The position numbers and the translations under genes are program-made. Positions 56,560-64,000 of a stretch of DNA of 64,000 nucleotides are shown in pieces. The DNA is from Thermodesulfobacteriota bacterium (GTDB lineage: Bacteria > Desulfobacterota_D > UBA1144 > Nemesobacterales > Nemesobacteraceae), in the NCBI GenBank assembly GCA_965243595.1, contig OZ251569.1:2180203-2244202 (forward strand), in the 5' to 3' direction. Position 1 is the stretch's first letter, and each line of letters begins with the position of its first letter. Under the pieces are notes generated by a model that ran no database searches, was not told the origin of the DNA, and saw only the letters and a program-made list of their open reading frames with translations.

Positions 56560-57604
56560 CTTTCGTCCTTTTTTTCAAGGAAGTCCGCTTTTTTGAAACT
56601 TCCGCAATTTTCTCTAGTTCCTCGATGTCGTCCACTTGCTCTGCTTCCTCCCGTTCCGATTTCCTGCGTTCGGCATCAAACTCGGCGTAGCGGTCGTGAG
56701 CGACCTGCCTAGCCTGCTCCGCGGAAACGCTGCCAGCGGTGTACAGGAGAGGAAGTTCGTTGGCTACCAGAAACTCATTAAGTATGGTCTCCCATTCAAC
56801 CAGCCTGATGGTCTGCCGACGCCTGGCCCGCAACTCCGCAACATCAAGAAAGATACCCACGATAATGTTGAGTTCGCCGATCTCCTTTTCTTCAAGGTAG
56901 TTCTTGGCAACCGTCACATCGCTTTTGCGAACGCGTCTACCGCTCCGGGTGTTTGTCCAAGTAGTTAAACCCATGTTGCGCTTGTTCGGGTCGGAACGGG
57001 ATACGATCAATTCGGCAGCAGTCTGACTCGTTACGGCGTGGAGCATCTTGTTCTGCGTAATCGCGTAGAATTCTTGTACCGTTGGCGAGTTCGGGTCGTA
57101 GTCTTCGCTCAACGCCAGAATGTCGCGGACCTTGCTGTAGAATCTGGCTTCCGAAGCACGAATGTCGCGGATGCGCTCAAGCAGTTCGTCGAAATAGTCG
57201 TAGGTCGGGTCCTTGAGGCGCTCGTCGTCCATGGAAAACCCCTTGACAAGATAATCCATGAGAACGGTGTTGGCCCAACGACGGAACTGTGCGGCGCGCT
57301 GTGAACGGGTACGGAATCCGACGGCGAGAATCATTTCCAGATTGTAGAGCTGGACGGTTCGCTGAACCGAGCGTTTGCCCTCGGTTTGAACTGTCAAATA
57401 TTGTTTGACAGTTGCGGAATCATCAAGCTCTTCATCGGCAAATATTTTCCGTATGTGTACACTGATGTTCTGCTTCGTCGTATCGAAAAGCCGGGCAATT
57501 TCTGCCTGTGTCAGCCATACGGTACCATCAATGGCCCGAAGCTGGACCCTAGTCAGTCCGTCTCCGCTCGTATAGAGAATCAGCTCTCCCTTTTCCTCTT
57601 TCAT
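56552..57604 (-). CDS. rhuM: Virulence RhuM-family DNA-binding protein
   Basis: VWLTQAEIARLF..NISVHI..YNLEMILAVGFR..QFRRWA..KGFSMDDERLK..YFDELLERIRDIRASE..QNKMLHA..AKNYL. Confidence 0.92.
   Translation of the reverse strand: MKEEKGELILYTSGDGLTRVQLRAIDGTVWLTQAEIARLFDTTKQNISVHIRKIFADEELDDSATVKQYLTVQTEGKRSVQRTVQLYNLEMILAVGFRTRSQRAAQFRRWANTVLMDYLVKGFSMDDERLKDPTYDYFDELLERIRDIRASEARFYSKVRDILALSEDYDPNSPTVQEFYAITQNKMLHAVTSQTAAELIVSRSDPNKRNMGLTTWTNTRSGRRVRKSDVTVAKNYLEEKEIGELNIIVGIFLDVAELRARRRQTIRLVEWETILNEFLVANELPLLYTAGSVSAEQARQVAHDRYAEFDAERRKSEREEAEQVDDIEELEKIAEVSKKRTSLKKRTKDD
57389..57413. repeat. Perfect intragenic palindrome (10-5-10) in rhuM encoding ATVKQYLTVQ
   Basis: aactgtcaaa-tattg-tttgacagtt. 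Confidence 0.92.
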
Positions 57605-57682
57605 ATCCCCCTACCAAGTTCTGCAATAACAGTTTCACCCAAGTTCTTTCTCTTCATGCAACTTCGAACATTCAACAGCCTC

Positions 57683-59194
57683 TTACTCATAGCCAAGCTC
57701 CTTCAGATATCCATCCATTTCCGCCTCCAGCTCGGCAAGCCGATCTTTCAGTTTTTCCCGCTCCCTGCGCACGGCCACGAGGTCTATCTCCTCTTCTTCC
57801 TCAAAGGTATCTACATAGCGAGGAATGTTGAGGTTGTAGTCGTTTTCCCTGATCTCGTCCATCGTCGCCAGATGCGCGTACTTTTCAAGATCTTTCCTGC
57901 CCCGGAAAACGGAAACGATCTTTTCCATGTTCTCCTCGGTAAGCCGGTTCTGATTCTTGCCGTCTTTGTACTCCCTGCTGGCTTCGATGAAAAGTATATT
58001 CGTATCGGACTTTTCGCGCCTGAACACCAGTATGGCGGCGGGAATGCCGGTGCCGTAGAAAAGCTTTTCCGGAAGTCCTATCACTGCGTCAAGCAGGTTT
58101 TCTTCAACAAGCTGCTTTCTGATCTTCGCCTCGGCCGACCCGCGGAAGAGAACCCCGTGAGGAACAACAACTCCCATTCGTCCCGTTTGGGGTTTCAGGG
58201 TTTCGATCATGTGAAGCACAAACGCGTAGTCTCCCCTCGTTTTCGGGGGAAGACCGCGGCGGAAACGGCCGAACCTGTCTTCCTCGGCTCTCTCCCGTCC
58301 CCACTTCTCGAGACTGAAAGGAGGATTCGCGACCACGACATCGAAAAGCATGAGATTGTCGTTGTCGTCAAGGAGCTTCGGATTGCGGATGGTGTCTCCC
58401 CACTCTACGCGGTGATTGTCCTCCCCGTGGAGAAACATGTTCATCTTCGCGAGCGCCCAGGTGCTTCCTATCGCCTCTTGACCAAAAAGGGAATACTTGC
58501 GGGAACCCTCGCGGTTTTCCTGAATCCGCAACGCGCACTTTATCAGCAAAGAACCCGAACCGCAGGCAGGGTCGCAGATCTCGTCGCCTTCTTCGGGAGC
58601 AACGAGTTCCGCGATCAGTTCGGAAACTTCCGGCGGGGTGTAGAACTCTCCCGCTTTCTTGCCGCCCGTGGCGGCGAAGTTCTTTATGAGAAATTCGTAG
58701 GCGTTTCCTATCACGTCAATATTGCCTATGCGGCTCGGACGAAGATCAAGTTCCTCTCTGGCGAAATCTTCGAGAACATGACGGAGAATGTCGTTTTTCT
58801 GAGCTTCGTCTCCGAGACGCGTGCTGTTGAAACCTATATCCTGGAACACGTCGCGGAGTTTGTGAAGATTCTCTTCCTCTATGGCGTGGAGGGCCTTGTC
58901 AATGCGCTCGCCGTTTCCGGGCTCGTGGCGGCGCTCATGTAAAAAGTAGAAACTCGCTTGCTCGGGAAGAACGAAGCGTTCGCTTTTCATGAGTTCCCTG
59001 ATGAGTTCGGGATGGTTACCATGTTCCTTTTTATATTCTTCGTAGTGGTCCTTCCATACATCGGAGATATATTTCAGAAACAGCATGGTTAGAACATAAT
59101 CCTTGTAGATGCTCGGATCCACCACGCCACGGAAACTGTCGCAGGCTTCCCAGACGACCCGATTTATTTTTTCCTGCTCAATAAGATCACTCAT
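57683..59194 (-). CDS. hsdM: Type I RM methyltransferase subunit M
   Basis: GEFYTP, DPACGSGSLL, VANPPF, PHGVLFRG, NLNIPRYV. Confidence 0.97.
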   Translation of the reverse strand: MSDLIEQEKINRVVWEACDSFRGVVDPSIYKDYVLTMLFLKYISDVWKDHYEEYKKEHGNHPELIRELMKSERFVLPEQASFYFLHERRHEPGNGERIDKALHAIEEENLHKLRDVFQDIGFNSTRLGDEAQKNDILRHVLEDFAREELDLRPSRIGNIDVIGNAYEFLIKNFAATGGKKAGEFYTPPEVSELIAELVAPEEGDEICDPACGSGSLLIKCALRIQENREGSRKYSLFGQEAIGSTWALAKMNMFLHGEDNHRVEWGDTIRNPKLLDDNDNLMLFDVVVANPPFSLEKWGRERAEEDRFGRFRRGLPPKTRGDYAFVLHMIETLKPQTGRMGVVVPHGVLFRGSAEAKIRKQLVEENLLDAVIGLPEKLFYGTGIPAAILVFRREKSDTNILFIEASREYKDGKNQNRLTEENMEKIVSVFRGRKDLEKYAHLATMDEIRENDYNLNIPRYVDTFEEEEEIDLVAVRREREKLKDRLAELEAEMDGYLKELGYE

Positions 59195-59805
59195 TGTTTT
59201 CGACCCTCCGTCTGTTCAGCGAACACCGTTTTTACCAAGGCGCGCATCTGCAAGTTTCTGTTTTCGATGATGTCGAGAAGCAGTTTCTTTTCCCGCACCG
59301 CCATCTCGTGAAAAGCGACGATCTTTTCCTGCTTCTTCATGTCGGGCACCGATACAGGCAAATTCTCCAGCACCTGGCGCCGGATGCCGGTCACATGCGA
59401 ACCCGTGGCGGAAACGGACAGGTATCTTTGTGCCATTGTCTGATTGATCTGCCAAGAGAGAAACGCAGGCAGAAGCGGAACCCCCCACTTGAGACGAATC
59501 AGAAAAAAATGGGGAGAGCAGACCGCATCCACATCAATCTTGTTCACGCAGGCCGCAATGTTTCGCCCGCCCTGAGCTATAAAAAGAATATCATCCTTGC
59601 GCAGCAAATCAGGTTTTCGTCGCCCGGTCAATCGGGTACGGGCCAGATTCTCCCAATCCACCCCTGTTTCGGCATCGACGTTTTTGATCTGGACCACGGA
59701 CACCTCCCCGCATGCGCCGTCGTCAATCCTCCCGCGAAACGGATAACCGGAGCTTATGGTTGACAAATCCTTTAACCTAGATAGATTTTCTTTCCCATGC
59801 GACAT
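59191..59805 (-). CDS. Single-TRD HsdS-like protein
   Basis: 204 aa; SGYPFRG, VVQIKNV, DILF..G, FLSWQINQ, LENLPVSVP...Q; ATGA overlap with hsdM. Confidence 0.75.
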   Translation of the reverse strand: MSHGKENLSRLKDLSTISSGYPFRGRIDDGACGEVSVVQIKNVDAETGVDWENLARTRLTGRRKPDLLRKDDILFIAQGGRNIAACVNKIDVDAVCSPHFFLIRLKWGVPLLPAFLSWQINQTMAQRYLSVSATGSHVTGIRRQVLENLPVSVPDMKKQEKIVAFHEMAVREKKLLLDIIENRNLQMRALVKTVFAEQTEGRKQ

Positions 59806-59938
59806 AGTGCACTATATATTCATAAAAACACGCTGAAGTCAAGGAAAGTTTTACATCATAGCGAATGAAGCAATGTGGAACAGCTCAAGAATCCAGTATT
59901 CAAACGTGTGAAACTACTTAAAAAGAAGGCGGACACAG

Positions 59939-61063
59939 ATGCAGACAAGACCAAAGACTTCGGATTGGATACAGAATCTAGAAGCAAACAAGGGATACCT
60001 GTTATGGCTCTGTTCGCGTAAGCGAGAGAAGGCAAGATGTCCTAGCTACTCAATGCCCAGTGAAAGACCGGTGCCAAGAAGAACTACCGTCAAGACAGCG
60101 GTATCAGCCGACGCGACCTCTCTGGAAATCGCAAACTCCGGCATTGTCCGTAACGGTCCCAATATCTGGATGAACGAGAGAACAAAAGAATGCTTTCGGA
60201 TTAACGAAAAAGACGAAGCGGGCGTTATTGCCGTTGAGAGAGGATTGGGAGAAACGCCAGCCGCTCCCATGAGCGCGGGTGACATCATCACCCAACTTGT
60301 ATCCATGTTTAACGTAAACCAATATCCCTTAAGAGCAAAACATATAGTGGTAGCAGAACGTCGAGAGAATTACATGCAAAATTTCAGCACGCTTGCTGAC
60401 ACTCTGCCGGAAAGCAGAAAGCAGTACACGGAAAAAATAGAATCGGCTTTTCTATTCGGGAAAAAAGCTGGCTGGCAACCGGAAGAGCACCCGGTTTATT
60501 CGGTACTAGCCGGAAATACAGCCACAGACGGTATTATTCGGATAATAGAAGAATCTCCAGTTTCTCATAGATGGGATGTACCAGTCGGCTTAAGTCTGTT
60601 TGATCTGTATGACTTTTTTCGCGAAGCGACTAAAGATCGAATAGACAACATGTATTTTCTTAGGAATGTAAACGAGTTGGACAAAGACTTGTCAAAATCC
60701 AATCACGTAGCCCTCTGTGGGAAAGAGGCGATTAGAGTTCTCTGCACTCTGATCAATAGCGATGATAGAACGCGAACTGAAAAAATTAAAAACCGGTTCG
60801 GATTTGAAGTTAAGAAAATGATAATAGACTGGGCATGTTTTTTTGATCTTGACCTGCTCCACTACGGTCCACTTGATGAAGAATATGGAGATCACATCAT
60901 ACTCTTGGACAAGGAAAGAGTCGGTTCTCTCTATCTTGAAGGGTGTGATGTCGAGGAAAGAAATAACGGCAACGGGTGGGAAGTCAGCAGCACGGAAGGA
61001 TTATGGATGGAAAATCCCGAATTTTTCGGAATAATCAAAAATGTCGCAAGGCCGTTTATATAA
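59939..61063 (+). CDS. Hypothetical protein
   Basis: 374-aa ORF in AT-rich DNA, 29 nt before the next gene; no motif recognised; start uncertain. Confidence 0.65.
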   Translation: MQTRPKTSDWIQNLEANKGYLLWLCSRKREKARCPSYSMPSERPVPRRTTVKTAVSADATSLEIANSGIVRNGPNIWMNERTKECFRINEKDEAGVIAVERGLGETPAAPMSAGDIITQLVSMFNVNQYPLRAKHIVVAERRENYMQNFSTLADTLPESRKQYTEKIESAFLFGKKAGWQPEEHPVYSVLAGNTATDGIIRIIEESPVSHRWDVPVGLSLFDLYDFFREATKDRIDNMYFLRNVNELDKDLSKSNHVALCGKEAIRVLCTLINSDDRTRTEKIKNRFGFEVKKMIIDWACFFDLDLLHYGPLDEEYGDHIILLDKERVGSLYLEGCDVEERNNGNGWEVSSTEGLWMENPEFFGIIKNVARPFI

Positions 61064-61503
61064 TGATTTCCGATGGATAAGGCGGCTTTTTTATGACTTT
61101 AGAGAACAGTTACGATAACTCTGAGATTGCGAGTGTGTTTTCGCAGAAAAAACTTATGGAGAAAATAAGAAAATCCGAAGGTGTCACGCCCACGGAAAAA
61201 GTGCTTTCCAGCCTTTGCGAAAGAACATTTTTGAAACTCTGGAGCTATCCGAATCCATTCAAGGATGACGGAAACGAACTCTGTGACCTTATAGCTGTAT
61301 TTGACGACCATGTTTTTGTTTTCTTCGACAGGGAAGTCAAGGCGTTTGACAAAATCCCCGACGAAGATGTTCTAGTGGCGTGGATGCGGTGGAAAAGAAA
61401 GGTCGTTGACAAGCAAATTAAGGCTTTGAAAGGTGCCGAAAAATATGTCCGAAGCGGAAACCCCATATTTCTTGACAGCAAGTGTGAAACAGAGTTGCCA
61501 ATT

Positions 61504-63094
61504 GAGTCTGTCGGACTTTAGCGTCTATGTTCAATCGAGGTAAAATAAGAGAATCACAAGAACTACAGGAGAGAGAAGCATGCCTGAATTCGTTACGTTT
61601 GATCGGTCCACGCCAAGCATGTTGCCCGCGAGGGTGGATGATTACGTGCCCGAAGGGCATCTGGCCCGTTTCGTAGTGGAGATAGTGGCGCAACTGGACC
61701 TGAGCGATTTGACGGAGGCGTATTCGGGCAGGGGCTCCAGGGCGTATCACCCGTCCATGATGGTGGCCTTGCTGTTTTACGGATATGCCACGGGGACGTT
61801 TTCCAGCCGCAAGCTTGAGCAGGCTACATACGACAGTCTTGCGTACAGGTATATCTGCGCCAACAACCATCCCGACCACGACAGCATAAACAGTTTCCGC
61901 AAGAGGTTTTTGGAGCAGCTTGAGGGGTTGTTCGGGCAGATTCTCGTGATGGCTCACGCGATGGGGATTCTCAAGATGGGGACGGTGAGTGTGGACGGCA
62001 CGAAGATAAAGGCCAACGCGTCGAGGCGCAAGAACTTGAGCTGGAAACAGATACGCAAGGTGGACAAGCGCATACGCAGGGAGATAAGGGAGCTTATGCG
62101 TAAGGCACAGGAGGCGGACAACAGCGAGAGTCCCGACGGAATAGACATTCCCGAGGAGTTGAACAGTCGCAGTGAGCGTCTTGAGGCTTTGAGCGACGCG
62201 AAGCGGGAGCTTGAGCGCAGAGCGGAGCACAGATACGAACGAGAGAGAAAGCAGTATGAGGAGAAGATGGAAGAGCGCAGGGCCAAGGAACGACGCGACG
62301 GGCGCAAGATACCAGGCCCCAAACCCAGGGAGCCTCAGCCCGGGCCGACGGACAAGGACAGGGTTAATCTTACGGATGAGCAGTCACGGATCATGTCCGT
62401 GAGCACTGGAGGATACGAGCAGAGTTACAACGTTCAGGCGATGGTGGACACCGAGAGCCGGATGATAGTGGGCAGGCACGTGACGCACAACGGCAACGAC
62501 AAGCGGGAGATGGAGCCTGCCCTTGAGCAGCTGGCAGAGGCGGAGAGGCTGGTGGGGGAGGCGGACAATCTTTTGGCCGACGCGGGTTACTACAGCAAAA
62601 AGAACGTGGAGGCTTGCACAGAGCACGGGGTCAGGCCGGTGATTTCCATACGCAACGAGAGGAGAGGTCACAAGTCGGCAAAGCCGCCCAAAGCCGTTGC
62701 GAAGAACAAGACGGCAGTGGATGAGATGAAGGAGCTTCTGGAGACGGAGGAAGGCAAGGCGTTATACGCCAGGCGCAAAAGCACTGTGGAACCGATGTTC
62801 GGAGTGATAAAACACGTGCTGGGGTTTGGCCGGTTTTTTATGCGAGGGATTAAGGCTGTGAGCAGGGAGTGGAGTCTGGTATGTATAGGCTACAACCTGA
62901 AGAAGATGTTCACATTGAGGACGAATTAGAGAGGGAGGAGGCAAAAACGGGAGAATCGACGGCAACGCACACGCAAAAACGGACAATATACTGCCAAGGT
63001 ATCACGCCGTCTTGAACAAAACGACTGGTTCTCGATGTCAAACAGCTCCAATCAGGCTAATCTGCCTCGTCCGTTAGCAAAGTCCGACAGACTC
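61504..63094 (+). mobile_element. IS1182-family element, 1591 bp
   Basis: 16-bp perfect TIRs gagtctgtcggacttt / aaagtccgacagactc; AATT target duplication (61500-61503, 63095-63098). Confidence 0.93.
61580..62929 (+). CDS. IS1182-family transposase
   Basis: HLARF, YHPSMM..LFYGY..FSSRKLE, PDHDSI..FR, VDGTKIKANAS, NLTD, YNVQ, ADAGY, RKSTVEPMFG.IK. Confidence 0.95.
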   Translation: MPEFVTFDRSTPSMLPARVDDYVPEGHLARFVVEIVAQLDLSDLTEAYSGRGSRAYHPSMMVALLFYGYATGTFSSRKLEQATYDSLAYRYICANNHPDHDSINSFRKRFLEQLEGLFGQILVMAHAMGILKMGTVSVDGTKIKANASRRKNLSWKQIRKVDKRIRREIRELMRKAQEADNSESPDGIDIPEELNSRSERLEALSDAKRELERRAEHRYERERKQYEEKMEERRAKERRDGRKIPGPKPREPQPGPTDKDRVNLTDEQSRIMSVSTGGYEQSYNVQAMVDTESRMIVGRHVTHNGNDKREMEPALEQLAEAERLVGEADNLLADAGYYSKKNVEACTEHGVRPVISIRNERRGHKSAKPPKAVAKNKTAVDEMKELLETEEGKALYARRKSTVEPMFGVIKHVLGFGRFFMRGIKAVSREWSLVCIGYNLKKMFTLRTN

Positions 63095-64000
63095 AATTGA
63101 CATTCCAGAAAACGCAACGATTCATAAATTTGTCGTCGCCCACGGCGTAGAGGAAGCCATGAAAAAGTTTTCCAGCGACGATTTTCATGGAAGTCTGGCC
63201 ATTTCTTACGGTAACTCCCCGAAGTTCTCCACGGACTGTTTGTTTTGCATCGAACTGGAAAAAGACGACCCGGTACACATTCTGGAAAGTTCCAACATCG
63301 ACATTATTCTCGGAGAACTGGATACTGTCTATGATTTCACCTCGTTCATAGTTGAAAAAGAAACCACTATAAAGAGATGTGATTATCTTCTGTACTTCGG
63401 AGAACATGAGCTTCTGGGGAAATACTTCCTTAGTCACGATAAAGATCAAAACAGGTATCGCATCGGCCCTGAAAACCCTGGATGCTTGATCACAATACTG
63501 GACGGACACTGGAACCACCTTGTAGAATTGAGAGAATACAAGAACAGAAAGAAAGCGAACGGAATTTCCTACCTGTGGGATGCGATCATACAGAGAACCT
63601 ACCAGAAAGCCCTTGATGGAGACCTTTACGGCAACACCGAGTTAAGAAAGGCAACCGGACCTCTGTGTGAAATGGCGAGAGAGCCTCGTTTCATTCGTAG
63701 AATGTTATCGGAACAACTGCTAGATGCAATACACAACTTTCCTGAAACCAATTATGACAGGGAGAGATCGATTAAGTTCATGTCTTCGTTTTACAAGGAC
63801 AGAGCTTACGTATTTTTGCAGATGAAGCGTCCACGAGCGGGGATGTCAGAAAATGAGATTCGCCTGCTTCGCCAAGAAATGATCAGAATTGCCTGCGGAG
63901 CCGCCCGAAACAAATTCCCACATTTGAAGGTTGTAATCGGAATTGCCATTTATCCTCCCAAATTCACAAACGACGATTCAGAAGACTTTATTTTGCTTGA

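Larger units (their letters stand above)
61093..64000 (+). pseudogene. NERD-like family gene (lower-GC copy) interrupted by IS1182; runs off the window
   Basis: LCERTFLKLWSYPNP..ELCDLIAVF..ELPI | IS | DIPENATIHKFVVAHG..ELDTVYDF..EKE..SYLWD..EPRF..FYKDRAYVFLQ..VIGIA..EDFILL; the halves rejoin in frame when the IS and one AATT are removed. Confidence 0.88.

Noticed and set aside
51652-58942. 805-aa (51652-54069) and 518-aa (57386-58942) + strand ORFs
   Set aside because: Antisense shadows of hsdR and hsdM.
1-64000. tRNA/rRNA genes, integrase or prophage genes
   Set aside because: None recognised by eye; tRNAscan or Infernal would be needed to exclude small RNAs.

Overview
Bacterial accessory/defence island. 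1-6.6 kb holds a surface-glycan cluster: two GT4 glycosyltransferases between two divergent asnB-type amidotransferase paralogs. An exported protein and a lipoprotein follow; the lipoprotein has a poly-C tract in its putative promoter spacer. 8.5-14 kb has toxin-antitoxin debris and a repeated intergenic element built from palindromes with 5-nt spacers that match the palindromic codon stretch inside the rhuM gene at 57.4 kb. 11.6-38.6 kb is a very GC-rich, internally duplicated block with six intact paralogs (plus one relic) of a NERD/PD-(D/E)xK-like family, repeatedly followed by 2OG-Fe(II) oxygenases. One paralog is fused to an apparently inactivated IS1634 transposase. The block also has a degenerate HNH...PIN-like protein and an IS110/IS1111 element with a probable bridge-RNA region. 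39-46 kb has relBE modules, an IS1634 relic and an uncharacterised three-gene operon headed by a GHKL ATPase. 46-60 kb is a type I RM operon (hsdS'-hsdM-rhuM-hsdS-DUF4917-hsdR-M48 peptidase) ending in a 1282-aa reverse transcriptase-nitrilase (DRT1/UG1/UG5-like). At 61-64 kb a lower-GC member of the NERD-like family is interrupted by an IS1182 element. No rRNA, tRNA or CRISPR array was seen. All family assignments come from motif recognition by eye, not database searches.
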